64,000 nucleotides of DNA, from positions 1 to 64,000 of IMG/VR virus record IMGVR_UViG_3300035698_022190; one strand, written 5' to 3'. The notes below the pieces were generated by a model that searched no databases, had not been told where the DNA came from, and saw only the letters and a program-made list of their open reading frames with translations. Position 1 is the stretch's first letter. Each line of letters begins with the position of its first letter. The position numbers and the translations under genes are program-made. Positions 19,972-29,388 of the stretch are shown in pieces.

Positions 19972-20415
19972 CTACTTCTTTTTATCTGTTGATCCGAACC
20001 CGTCTTTTTCTCTCGGACTTTTTGTTAATTTCCCTACTTTTTTAAACTCGATGTCGGGCACAGGTAAAATTATCATTTGTGCCACTTTATCGCCTTTGCG
20101 TATTTCTATAGGGTAAGCGCCATGGTTACCCATTACAACGCCAATTTCTCCGCGATATCCGCTATCAATAACGCCCGCTTTTACTTGAAGTGTTTTTGCT
20201 AAAGCAAGCCCACTTCTATCTCGTATTTGGGCATAGTAGCCTTCAGGAATATCTAAGGCAATTCCCGTAGGAATTAAGCCCATAAAGTTTCCGTTTATCT
20301 TAAAAGTTTTAACAGAAAATAGGTCAAAACCTGCATCAGTTTCATAAGCTTTCTCCGGCGCTTTCGCAGAAGGATGTAATGCTTTAAATTTAATGACTAT
20401 AGGATTACTCGTCAT
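19972..20415 (-). CDS. dut: dUTPase (trimeric type)
   Basis: DAGFDL, RSGLA, GVIDSGYRGEI, AQ and R..GFGST motifs. Confidence 0.95.
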   Translation of the reverse strand: MTSNPIVIKFKALHPSAKAPEKAYETDAGFDLFSVKTFKINGNFMGLIPTGIALDIPEGYYAQIRDRSGLALAKTLQVKAGVIDSGYRGEIGVVMGNHGAYPIEIRKGDKVAQMIILPVPDIEFKKVGKLTKSPREKDGFGSTDKKK

Positions 20416-20728
20416 CGTCGTTTGTTTGGTTTGGTGTTAATAAAAATATTAATTTAATATCTTCTATTGCTATAATAACTGTAGTTGGTATTATGGTGGG
20501 CATCGTATTAAATTCCGCATCATCCATGGATTGGACTTGGTCTTTCGGAGGTGCCGGCATATAATTTTTTAAGGTATCTTCGTCAACTGGATCTAAAACC
20601 ATTGTATAAGGGTCTAATCTAATAAGCATTCCTACCCCTGCAATATCGGGAGTAACTACTTGTATAATATCTCCCTCATGTATAGTTACATCTAATTCAG
20701 TTTTTGTATATCTCTTTTTATTCATCAA
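20405..20728 (-). CDS. Hypothetical protein
   Basis: 107-aa ORF overlapping both neighbours. Confidence 0.55.
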   Translation of the reverse strand: MMNKKRYTKTELDVTIHEGDIIQVVTPDIAGVGMLIRLDPYTMVLDPVDEDTLKNYMPAPPKDQVQSMDDAEFNTMPTIIPTTVIIAIEDIKLIFLLTPNQTNDDDE

Positions 20729-21176
20729 TATATTTGATTAAATAATTGTTTAGGTCGACCAACCATGCTTTTTTAAAAGCTTTTAATGGTATGGATTTAC
20801 GGCCCATTTTTCCTTCCCAGTAGTCTGTAACTACGGGAATAGGGGTTATAAAAGCTTTGTCCTTATATACCTTTTTAAAGTGTATTAAGAAAAAAGCTAT
20901 CCCACCTAAACTTTCAACAATTTGTAAGTATGTTAATTGGTGTTGGTGTATGTTTGCTAAAGGAAAACTTGTTTTACTTTGTGTTTCTTTAGCGTCAAAA
21001 GCTAAAAATTTTCCGCCTTTTATAAGTCCCGTGTAGTCTACAGTAGAGCTTTGTGCTATTAAACCTTTCGCTGTCACTAATATAGGAACAGGAACTTTTA
21101 AAATTAAAGCTTTGCCGTCTTTACGGTACTGTAAATTAACTGTTTCGGCTGTTTTTTCTAATTGATTATAAGGCAT
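20718..21176 (-). CDS. recU: RecU-family Holliday junction resolvase
   Basis: STVDYTG, AFDAKET and SFPLANIHQHQ motifs; start MPYNQLE. Confidence 0.85.
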   Translation of the reverse strand: MPYNQLEKTAETVNLQYRKDGKALILKVPVPILVTAKGLIAQSSTVDYTGLIKGGKFLAFDAKETQSKTSFPLANIHQHQLTYLQIVESLGGIAFFLIHFKKVYKDKAFITPIPVVTDYWEGKMGRKSIPLKAFKKAWLVDLNNYLIKYIDE

Positions 21177-21723
21177 CTTCAAAATTTGGGCTGTACCCAA
21201 AGGTTTCAAAATCTAATTTATGGTACTCTTTTATAAGATCCACCAACTCTGGGGTATAATACTGATCTAAAGAGTTCCCCTTAGTTGCCCCAACAATAGG
21301 CAATACTAAGTTGTACTCTTTTAAAAAGGATGTTGTTGTAAAAGAAGTTGGCAAGTGCTCAAAAGGTATAGTATGATCAATACGAAGTTGATGATTTTTG
21401 ATAATAGTTGTAATTGGCCTATCTAAAAGTAATTTTGTTTCTTTTATAGCCAATTTTAAATATTCAGTAAAAGACAACACACCTGCATTTAGTATGTTTT
21501 TTGTTTGCCTATACCTGTAATGAGATATAGCCCTGTGATAAGGATTGCGGACACTACAAAAAGTTGTATAGTTTAGAGCATGTTTTGGGACATCATAGTA
21601 ATGTCTACGAGTTCCTCCAATGACTTCAGTGCCTGAAATAGTAAGTAATGCTTTTTTAATAGATCTAGACGCCGTTCTTGGTATTAATAAGTATACAAAT
21701 TTATCTTTATTTGATATTATCAT
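21166..21723 (-). CDS. Sulfotransferase family 2 protein
   Basis: 5'-PSB-like IPRTASRSI; 3'-PB-like VRNPYHRAISHY; C-terminal DFETFGY. Confidence 0.75.
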   Translation of the reverse strand: MIISNKDKFVYLLIPRTASRSIKKALLTISGTEVIGGTRRHYYDVPKHALNYTTFCSVRNPYHRAISHYRYRQTKNILNAGVLSFTEYLKLAIKETKLLLDRPITTIIKNHQLRIDHTIPFEHLPTSFTTTSFLKEYNLVLPIVGATKGNSLDQYYTPELVDLIKEYHKLDFETFGYSPNFEDAL

Positions 21724-22273
21724 ATTTTTTTAATTCACGAATTATTTCAGTTAAGCTATTCCAGTGGTTTCCGTCTGTCCACATTCCTGTGTGTGCAGCA
21801 GGAAAATCTTGTATCTCGGTATCTATTAATTCTACTTTATTGAAATAAGTGAATGCTCTATCTGCTTCTCTATTAAAAAACTTAGGGTTATCTAACCATT
21901 GCTGGAAAGAAAACATATTTTTAACTAAGTTTTTATTAAAAAGTGAGCCGTATCCTACTAAGGCAACTTTACCATCAGAAATTCTTTGATAATAAGTTCT
22001 CCTTTCTGCCTTACAATTTGCAATAATAGTGCCTTCCTTATAATTATCTATAAGTTCACCTATATTATTAATAAGACAATCATCGTCTTGAGTATATACT
22101 ATGTCATTTTTAGCAGTTAAAATAGCCTCATATCTAGTATATACTTGATTACCTTTATCTTTAGCGATAATAATTTCATCAAAAAAGGGTTTAATATGTT
22201 GAACTATTTGTTTTAGTTCTTGTTCTCTTGTACCCCTGGTTGGGAGTACTGCAGAAATTTTTAAATTAGTCGT
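21707..22273 (-). CDS. GT-A fold glycosyltransferase (188 aa), apparent ACG start
   Basis: Frame is open far upstream of the listed 69-aa ORF: KISAVLPTRG...AKNDIVYTQDDD...LVGYGS. AGGAGG lies 7 nt before ACG 22273. Confidence 0.65.
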   Translation of the reverse strand, partial: TTNLKISAVLPTRGTREQELKQIVQHIKPFFDEIIIAKDKGNQVYTRYEAILTAKNDIVYTQDDDCLINNIGELIDNYKEGTIIANCKAERRTYYQRISDGKVALVGYGSLFNKNLVKNMFSFQQWLDNPKFFNREADRAFTYFNKVELIDTEIQDFPAAHTGMWTDGNHWNSLTEIIRELKKYDNIK

Positions 22274-23103
22274 AGTAATTCCTCCTTTGTATATCTTTCA
22301 GCGTAGGAAGAATCAAGACCATCTGCAGTTAACTTTTCGTGCATATTTTCACCTGGCTGTAAGCCTATCACTTTAATTTTTGGTTTAGTGTTTGCATATT
22401 TTTCTATCATCGCCTCAAGCAAGTCTCCAATTTTAGCCGATTTCATAGAAGTTTTTTGGGGCTCTGCATTTGTTGCATTCTTTAAACATGAAAAAATTAG
22501 ATCTACTGCTTCCTGCACAGTCCAATAAAAACGGGTTGCTTCCATATCAGTTACTATTATCTCTTCATTATTTATAAGACGCTCTTTCCATTTACATAAT
22601 ACAGATCCCGTAGAATAAATAATATTTCCGTATCGTACCGTTCGGTACTTTGTATCAGAATTAAGGCGCTCATAATCCAAAAACATGCGTTCCATTAACA
22701 TCTTTGACGCCCCATATACACCACTAACTTGTGCAACTTTATCAGTACTTATACCTATTATAAACTTAGGTTTATTTTTGCGTGTCCAGTCTAGTAAATT
22801 CATAGTACCTATTACATTACTATTTATACATTCTCTAACATGTGTTTCCGCTAAACCTATATGTTTAAAAGCTGCTAGATGGTAAATTCCCGTGACGCCT
22901 TGACAAGCTTTAGCACACGAATATTCATTAGCAATGTCTCCCGTTATAATTTCTATTTCAGGAAAGTGTTCTTTTAATGTAATTAAATTTCCTTCATTTC
23001 GTGCTATTGTCACTAAATCAACATTATTTTTAGCACGTAATCTCTTTATTAGCTCATATCCTAAAAATCCGGATCCGCCAGTAATTAAATATTTATCCTT
23101 CAT
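22261..23103 (-). CDS. UDP-GlcNAc 4,6-dehydratase-like (PseB/CapD family SDR)
   Basis: ITGGSGFLG, HLAAFKH, STDKV, YGASK, VRYGN..STGSV, TRFY and IGLQPGENMHE motifs. Confidence 0.85.
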   Translation of the reverse strand: MKDKYLITGGSGFLGYELIKRLRAKNNVDLVTIARNEGNLITLKEHFPEIEIITGDIANEYSCAKACQGVTGIYHLAAFKHIGLAETHVRECINSNVIGTMNLLDWTRKNKPKFIIGISTDKVAQVSGVYGASKMLMERMFLDYERLNSDTKYRTVRYGNIIYSTGSVLCKWKERLINNEEIIVTDMEATRFYWTVQEAVDLIFSCLKNATNAEPQKTSMKSAKIGDLLEAMIEKYANTKPKIKVIGLQPGENMHEKLTADGLDSSYAERYTKEELLRLI

Positions 23104-23755
23104 AATTTATTGCTTGTCCCATTGGTTGGCCTACTATTAATTCTTCCTTTATTAAAAACCCCGCATTTATTAAAAAGCCTATATCTTTTTTATCTAAACC
23201 TAAAACACTAACTTTATTTGGGTGTCTGGCGGATAACGCAGAATCGTCGGCATAGCACAACGCTGGCTTCCAAGTTGTTTTTACATTTAAGTGATTTAAA
23301 TATTTTGATCCATCTATTTCAAATTCCCAAGGAGTTTTTATTTGTTTTAAAAGGTTTATAAGAAATTCTCTATTCCAAATTGCATATTGTGTGGTAACGG
23401 AATACATTTTATTGTTTATATCAAAAGCACTACATAAGTTACAAGCTACAGCGTCTTTTAGGTCGAGCGGTATATTTGTTTGGATTGGCCGATTTATAAA
23501 GTAATCGTCTAAAGCAAATATTATAAACTTATCAGTTAGTGTGGTTAAATATTTTATAAGATATTTAGCCCAAGCTTGCGATTTACCTTTTTGCGTATCA
23601 TCTAGTTTTATATATTCACCAATAAATAATTTATCAGTGTACTCACCAAAATTTAAAAATTTAATATCAAAACCTGGCAAATATTTACTTAATAAATATG
23701 AACATGCGGGAAGTATCTTCTTACTTGTATTATATCCTATTAGTATTATCTTCAT
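23093..23755 (-). CDS. Putative glycosyltransferase
   Basis: FALDDYF DxD-like motif, QYAIWNREFL..TPWEFE; cluster context. Confidence 0.55.
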   Translation of the reverse strand: MKIILIGYNTSKKILPACSYLLSKYLPGFDIKFLNFGEYTDKLFIGEYIKLDDTQKGKSQAWAKYLIKYLTTLTDKFIIFALDDYFINRPIQTNIPLDLKDAVACNLCSAFDINNKMYSVTTQYAIWNREFLINLLKQIKTPWEFEIDGSKYLNHLNVKTTWKPALCYADDSALSARHPNKVSVLGLDKKDIGFLINAGFLIKEELIVGQPMGQAINYEG

Positions 23756-24182
23756 ATTTTAGTATGTAGAAACCTACATCGTTTTCAATTTTATGTTCTA
23801 TTGCTTTATAGTCATGCTTTATAAATAAATTCATAGAGGGTATATTTCCATCTACTACTTTTGCTATCAATAGAGGGTATATATCGTTGTATGTGCGCAG
23901 TACCCACGCCCCAACCCCATAACCTCTATATTGCTTGTCAATTTTTATCGCTATTTCATTTCCATTATCTATTCTAACGTCTCCGTAATCCTTTAACCTA
24001 TCGCTAATAATATTTATGTTTTGTAAATTCTTTGCTAACCATTTTAAATGCTTATCAAAATTAATTTTGTCTTTGCTTTCTATAGACCATTTTCTTACAT
24101 CAGGGTCATTCTTCCAATCAAAAAGAAGCTTAGCATCCCCTAAGGTAGCTGGTCTAAGTTCTAGGTAAGGTATATATTTCAT
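23730..24182 (-). CDS. GNAT N-acetyltransferase (PseH-like)
   Basis: LRPATLGD..LFDWKNDPDVR, YRGYGVG and N.PS..LF motifs. Confidence 0.8.
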   Translation of the reverse strand: MKYIPYLELRPATLGDAKLLFDWKNDPDVRKWSIESKDKINFDKHLKWLAKNLQNINIISDRLKDYGDVRIDNGNEIAIKIDKQYRGYGVGAWVLRTYNDIYPLLIAKVVDGNIPSMNLFIKHDYKAIEHKIENDVGFYILKYEDNTNRI

Positions 24183-24765
24183 AGTTACTTAGGTTATGGT
24201 ATCCTTGGTCCTCTATTTTTAAGTCTGCTGTGTTTCTTTGATCAAGAGTAGAAAATAACTGGATCCCCCTTACTGCCTGTTCAGGTGTCATATACATATT
24301 CCATCCAAGCATATCAAAGTAATCATCTTGCATAGGAACTTCCCTACGACCATCGAAGCGCGCCCGTTTAAACCAACTGCGTGCATCCTTATCATCCGTA
24401 AGAATCATCCCGCCCCTACCCATTGGTAGTGCTTTTTTCATATGAAATGAAAGACAATGAAGTCCTCCATTATACATATCTTTTTTAAAACGCAGTGCCC
24501 CATCATAAATTTCATAAGGCTCTAGTTCATATATACCTTCCCAAGTGTTACCATTAAAGTTAACAGTCCCTCCGGCATGTATAATTGAACATGGGACGGA
24601 TGGGTAGGTGTACTTTGGTATTGTAACCGCAGTAACTTTTTTATAAACGCAAGATAAAAAGATCGCGGCTGTACAGCTTTCTAACGCAACTGCATATTTA
24701 CTTCCCGCATAACTTGCTATTATATCTTCGAATTCTGCAACTACATTAAAAGGATTATATGTCAT
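24154..24765 (-). CDS. DegT/DnrJ/StrS-family sugar aminotransferase, compact form
   Basis: YAVALESCTAA, SFHMKK (PLP lysine) and GRGGMILTDD motifs; only 203 aa. Confidence 0.8.
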   Translation of the reverse strand: MTYNPFNVVAEFEDIIASYAGSKYAVALESCTAAIFLSCVYKKVTAVTIPKYTYPSVPCSIIHAGGTVNFNGNTWEGIYELEPYEIYDGALRFKKDMYNGGLHCLSFHMKKALPMGRGGMILTDDKDARSWFKRARFDGRREVPMQDDYFDMLGWNMYMTPEQAVRGIQLFSTLDQRNTADLKIEDQGYHNLSNYEIYTLPRT

Positions 24766-25387
24766 ATCTGTTTATTGGATAAGTTTTTGTTCGTCTAAAG
24801 TGTGCCATCATAATTTCATCATTTCCTTCATATAGCTTGCCGTTTTTATAGTTTACCGTATCAAAGTTATTCCAATCTTTCGTTTGATGTACAGTATAAA
24901 CTATATTACAGTTTTTATTTACTATTTTAGTATAGCTAGTTTCTGCCCATCCAGAAGGAGCTGGGTCTTGCAAAATTTGTTTCCATTGTGGATGTAACCT
25001 AAAAAGATTATTAATTTTCTCATTATTTTTATATAATGTCCAAGCCCCCATTACGTAATCAACATGGTTTGACCATATATCAAATTCTTTGGGCAGATAT
25101 TTATCGACATCACCATATACACAATCAAAGTCGGTATGCCCCCATATATCATAATCTTTTATGATGTCGGCGTATATAGCCCCTAGTGCTGGTCTGTAGT
25201 CCCAAACTTTTCCAGTTCCGCCAACTATGTTAGGCTCGATCCCCAATGTTTCGCGAACACGTTCTTTAAAAAGTTTTAAATTTGAGAAGATTTTATAGTC
25301 GTAATTTAAACATTCCATATTAGCAACCCACTGATCCATCCATTCTGGATAGTGCCCAAAGTAGGGTAGTAAAAATATCTTATTCAT
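24755..25387 (-). CDS. DUF6625-like putative glycosyltransferase
   Basis: LPYFGHYP, DYRPALG and WGHTDFDCVYG motifs. Confidence 0.65.
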   Translation of the reverse strand: MNKIFLLPYFGHYPEWMDQWVANMECLNYDYKIFSNLKLFKERVRETLGIEPNIVGGTGKVWDYRPALGAIYADIIKDYDIWGHTDFDCVYGDVDKYLPKEFDIWSNHVDYVMGAWTLYKNNEKINNLFRLHPQWKQILQDPAPSGWAETSYTKIVNKNCNIVYTVHQTKDWNNFDTVNYKNGKLYEGNDEIMMAHFRRTKTYPINRYDI

Positions 25388-25934
25388 AGCTTTCCCAATT
25401 TAGCACATTTTCGTTTCGAAAATAAGGTGCTACGGTTTTAATTTTTAGTTGACTTGGGTAACAGTCTATCATTTTTCTTTTCAACTCTTTTTCTTCTTTA
25501 GTGGGCGTTATAATCTCACTACCCGTAGTTTTACTACTTTGGCCTGCATAGGTCATATAATGTTTTACGTTAAAAAACATTTTTGTTGTTACTCGACTTA
25601 CAGTGTTATGTATCCAGTTACCGCCCTTTTCAATCGCTGGAGTATAAACAAGATCTGCGCCTATGTAAAATAACAGTTTTTGTCGTAACGCTTCTTCTGT
25701 AAAGCTTTTATCTGGAATGTGTAAAAAGTCTACATCGACACCTATTAAAGCCATAGCTGCTAGGGTTTCGTTAATTCTTTGCTCAGTCGTGGCATCGTCT
25801 CCGCGCTCATGCTCAATGTATGAATCCGTACAGATTACAACGATCGGCTTTTCACGCATTATTGTATAGGCGCCAAAAAGAGCTTCATCGTCGTTATGGG
25901 GAGACAAAAAAACAACGTTTTTTATCGTGGACAT
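25380..25934 (-). CDS. PIG-L/LmbE-family N-deacetylase
   Basis: SPHNDDE, R..E and K..CYPSQ motifs. Confidence 0.8.
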   Translation of the reverse strand: MSTIKNVVFLSPHNDDEALFGAYTIMREKPIVVICTDSYIEHERGDDATTEQRINETLAAMALIGVDVDFLHIPDKSFTEEALRQKLLFYIGADLVYTPAIEKGGNWIHNTVSRVTTKMFFNVKHYMTYAGQSSKTTGSEIITPTKEEKELKRKMIDCYPSQLKIKTVAPYFRNENVLNWESYE

Positions 25935-26608
25935 GTTGAATTCCTCTCGTAACCTTTCCAAGCTAAATCAAAAGGCATATCTCGTTTCTGGCCCCCACCC
26001 TGTCGCAATACAGGATTAGTAGAAGCTAATATTTCACGTGTCCATCTTAGCTTTGGGTGATTCCAGTCACCCTCATAATTATTTTGAACAACTTGGTTTA
26101 TAAATTGAAAGTCCCCTCCACAAGAGTGTGGAAATTTTGCATCTTTAACTGCATCTGTAGTCATCACAAATCCTATCATTGAGAGCTGCCCAAAAACTAA
26201 TTCTCTTTGGCCTGCTTTCATTCTATTGTCTGTGGGAACTATTCCACCCGCGGCACGAACTTTGCTGAAAACAATGTCACCATCTCCTAATGTTCTTACA
26301 AAGCGAGATAAAGATGTGGGCATTGTATAAAAATCATCATCATCTATAACACAAAACAACTCGTTTTTTGGTAAAATTTTTAGAGCTAAGTTTAAATATA
26401 AATTATAATGTGGAACTTCGCTAGCTTTAATATAAATAGTTTGATATAGCTTATTTTCATATTGTTTGACATAGTTATTATCATAGTTATCGTCCACTAA
26501 AACAATGTGTTTTATGGTTGGGTAATCTTGAGCTTCTATACTATGGCGACATATTTTAAAGAAATTAGGTCGTCCTGATGTACGTGTTATTATAGTTAAA
26601 GGTTTCAT
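25922..26608 (-). CDS. Glycosyltransferase family 2
   Basis: IITRTSGRP, SIEAQDY, VLVDD, VIDDDD and GGDF motifs. Confidence 0.8.
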   Translation of the reverse strand: MKPLTIITRTSGRPNFFKICRHSIEAQDYPTIKHIVLVDDNYDNNYVKQYENKLYQTIYIKASEVPHYNLYLNLALKILPKNELFCVIDDDDFYTMPTSLSRFVRTLGDGDIVFSKVRAAGGIVPTDNRMKAGQRELVFGQLSMIGFVMTTDAVKDAKFPHSCGGDFQFINQVVQNNYEGDWNHPKLRWTREILASTNPVLRQGGGQKRDMPFDLAWKGYERNSTCPR

Positions 26609-27265
26609 TTATTTACCAAAGGGTGTTGTAAATTTTTCTTCTCCTGGATCTCCGCCCCACTTCTTTTTAAAGTACATGTGGTTTTTATGTGATCCGCGCC
26701 TTAAGCTACTATCTTTTTCTATGCTCTGTGAATTTAAGTATATTACTGGATCTAAAGCTGGGCAATTCATCAAGTGCTTAACGTTTGCCAACTTTACTCT
26801 ATAATGATAATCATTGTCCTCGTAATAAGCAGGAAAAAATTTCTCATCAAAAAATCCCACAGTGTTAAGAATTGATTTATGCATTAAGAAAGCACACCAA
26901 TTTTGTGGCCCTACAAATAGGCTTACATCCGGATTGCTGCCAATTAATTCTAAAATATCTTTTTTGGTTTTACCCAAAACAATGTCATCGTTTAAAATAA
27001 GAAGGTAATCAATGTCGGATAACTTAAAAGCAGTTTTCATCATATGATTCCAGCTCTTCGAAACCCCTAAATTTTTCTCACTTTGAAAGAATGCCACTTT
27101 TTTAAACTCAGTGGGTACTGTAATGTTCTGGCTGCCGTTGTCTACTAATAATAGTAGGTCCATGTCAGACATATTTTTTGCTAAATCTTTTAAAGCTCCG
27201 TCTAAAAGATCTGCTCTATTTATTGTAGGAATACCTACAGCTATTTTTAAATTTTTATTTATCAT
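26609..27265 (-). CDS. Glycosyltransferase family 2
   Basis: VDNGS, NLGVSKSWN, LNDD and GFFDEKFFPAYYEDNDY motifs. Confidence 0.85.
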   Translation of the reverse strand: MINKNLKIAVGIPTINRADLLDGALKDLAKNMSDMDLLLLVDNGSQNITVPTEFKKVAFFQSEKNLGVSKSWNHMMKTAFKLSDIDYLLILNDDIVLGKTKKDILELIGSNPDVSLFVGPQNWCAFLMHKSILNTVGFFDEKFFPAYYEDNDYHYRVKLANVKHLMNCPALDPVIYLNSQSIEKDSSLRRGSHKNHMYFKKKWGGDPGEEKFTTPFGK

Positions 27266-27269
27266 AATA

Positions 27270-27300
27270 GAAAGCGGAGAGGCCCGAAGACCTCCCCGCT
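27270..27300 (-). terminator. Intrinsic terminator (UUCG loop)
   Basis: AGCGGGGAGGTC-TTCG-GGCCTCTCCGCT-TTC. Confidence 0.7.
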
Positions 27301-27311
27301 ACTTATATTAG

Positions 27312-27725
27312 TTAGCTAAATAAATCGCTATCTGATTTAACAGCAGGTTTCCACTGTGTTAAAGTATTCTTTGGATTACCGGATGGTGTTTGACCCGGCT
27401 CTGTGTAAGCATTAACCTCAAGACCAATCATTTCTTTGACAAGATCTTCAGGATTAACATCATCATTTTCGATGAGTTTGCTTCCTGCAGCCTTTAAGAA
27501 CTGATGCAAAAATACCATTGCTTTTGGTACTAAGGAAAAATTATTCCATGCTTTACGATTTTTGTAATCCCCTTCGGCCACTACAAAAGTTACAGCGATC
27601 ATTTCGCTGCCCGTAGAAGCTGTCTTCATTTCTGCATCTTCTACTTTTAAGTTATAACGATTCATAGGCAGAGCGTCAAAACTTGCTGCTGATTCTTCGC
27701 CTATTTTTTTAAAATTAATTCCCAT
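27312..27725 (-). CDS. DUF669-like single-stranded DNA-binding protein
   Basis: FDALP..Y.LKVEDAE..TASTGSEM...GDYKNRK.WNN pattern; next to the AAA recombinase. Confidence 0.7.
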   Translation of the reverse strand: MGINFKKIGEESAASFDALPMNRYNLKVEDAEMKTASTGSEMIAVTFVVAEGDYKNRKAWNNFSLVPKAMVFLHQFLKAAGSKLIENDDVNPEDLVKEMIGLEVNAYTEPGQTPSGNPKNTLTQWKPAVKSDSDLFS

Positions 27726-27746
27726 TAATTATATTACGGTTTCCGT

Positions 27747-28664
27747 TTATTTTATTGCTTTTAGATCATTTATTAATAGCGATGCCTCATCGTTACGTAA
27801 GTCGAATAAGCTGTCTACCATATAATCGTCGCGCAATTTATCCTTAACTATTGTTTCACTTAGTTTACTAGCTAGTTTAGTTAAGATTTGTAAGTTTTCT
27901 GCACTAACTCCGGCAGTCATTACTTCTTTTTCATTTAACACAATTTTGAAAGTTCTCCCCGATCTCTGAACAAAAGCTTCCTCTTGTTTAAACTCTACAG
28001 GTTCTCTTTCTAATCCTTCAATTCCTAAGTACCCAGTAAGGGCTTTATAGGTGAAGGTGAAGGGTTCTTTTGGTAATTTATTTGTACGATCTTTATCAAC
28101 CGTAGCTATAAAAGTTTCTCCTTCTTGAGTAAGCTCCAAAACTACATCAAACATATGAGGCAGGTATTTAGGACACTCAGGAGCAGTACCAATAATCTTC
28201 ATGAATTCCTCAGGACTATACAATACTTTAGAATGTGCTGTTACAATAACATTCATATCTAAAGAAAGCATCTTTGCCATTAAACGTTTAACATCAGATT
28301 TAATAAATTTATAATCCAATGGTTGTATCTCGTAACTCGAGTTTCCTGTTTTTAGTCGTTTTCTTAAAAGCTGTCTATCCATAATGACATCATAAAGGAC
28401 GGTAATGGGGTCTAAAACAAAAGTTTTAAAACCATTTGGGTCTCTTAATAGCTCATCAATAGCTTTATCTACTACGTCCGGATCAACTGTTTTAATTAAA
28501 GAAAAGTCGAATAGCGGTCCGTAGTGTTCTGTTCCTCGTTCGCAGTCTACTACAACTGGATTTGGAAAATGCAAAGAGGTGACTGTTTTACCTGCACCTG
28601 TTCCACCATAGATTAACATTTTTAACCTATCTGGAGATTTCGTTGCTTTTTCGAATAATGACAT
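27747..28664 (-). CDS. AAA_24/Sak4-like ATPase (single-strand annealing recombinase)
   Basis: LIYGGTGAGKT, VDCERG, VLDP, VTAH and KDRT motifs. Confidence 0.75.
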   Translation of the reverse strand: MSLFEKATKSPDRLKMLIYGGTGAGKTVTSLHFPNPVVVDCERGTEHYGPLFDFSLIKTVDPDVVDKAIDELLRDPNGFKTFVLDPITVLYDVIMDRQLLRKRLKTGNSSYEIQPLDYKFIKSDVKRLMAKMLSLDMNVIVTAHSKVLYSPEEFMKIIGTAPECPKYLPHMFDVVLELTQEGETFIATVDKDRTNKLPKEPFTFTYKALTGYLGIEGLEREPVEFKQEEAFVQRSGRTFKIVLNEKEVMTAGVSAENLQILTKLASKLSETIVKDKLRDDYMVDSLFDLRNDEASLLINDLKAIK

Positions 28665-28675
28665 ATTATTTTTGG

Positions 28676-29344
28676 TTAGTATTTTTCCATATATACGTAT
28701 TGACGTACAACTTGGTAAACTTTAAATGTTGCCTTTACGTCGCGTAAGCAATAGTCAGAAATCTCTTTTATTCGTCCGTCTAAATATGCTTTTTCTACGT
28801 CCTTAGCTTTTATCTCGCCCTCTTTAGGAGACTTAACCCCTAAGCGATCACAAGCTAAATCTAATGTAACTGAGTTACCAATATTCCAATCTGACAGGAT
28901 TTGCATCACGTCAAAATGCGGGTATTTTTGAAAACGTCTTGTATTAGTAAAATATCCATTAGTTGAGGGTAAGCTGTGCACCATAGATCTTTTTAAGATA
29001 AAGGGCACGTCAAAGCCTAAACCGTTGAACGAAATATACATTCCGTTTCCGAACTTCTGTAGCAATTTCCAGAAAGGCTCTAGAATGCCTGTTACTTCGT
29101 CCCCAACTAAAGAGAAGGAGTCAAAGTTGTTGCTGTTGGTTTGGCGCATTAAACCTATGCAGATAATCTTTCCTAAGAAAGGATTAGTCCCCATAAGCAT
29201 TCGCGTCGCCTCTTTTTCTGCCTCTTCAGTGCGCTCTTTATTCCAGAAATAACGATTTAATTTCTTATCGAGTTCGGCTTGCTGGGCGTTTGAGAGAGGT
29301 TCTTCTTGAGGTATTGTTTCTATGTCGAAAGTTAATGTTTCCAT
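28676..29344 (-). CDS. PolB-related 3'-5' exonuclease (DEDD)
   Basis: FDIETIP, FNGLGFDVPF and YCLRDV motifs. Confidence 0.85.
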   Translation of the reverse strand: METLTFDIETIPQEEPLSNAQQAELDKKLNRYFWNKERTEEAEKEATRMLMGTNPFLGKIICIGLMRQTNSNNFDSFSLVGDEVTGILEPFWKLLQKFGNGMYISFNGLGFDVPFILKRSMVHSLPSTNGYFTNTRRFQKYPHFDVMQILSDWNIGNSVTLDLACDRLGVKSPKEGEIKAKDVEKAYLDGRIKEISDYCLRDVKATFKVYQVVRQYVYMEKY

Positions 29345-29349
29345 TATTA

Positions 29350-29378
29350 AATATAACTGATTTCGAGTTTAAAGTCAA
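29350..29378 (-). promoter_or_regulatory. Promoter TTGACT-N17-TATATT, probably leaderless
   Basis: Same hexamers as 3405-3433; ATG 29344 lies 5 nt after the -10 box. Confidence 0.65.
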
Positions 29379-29388
29379 TTAAATAACA

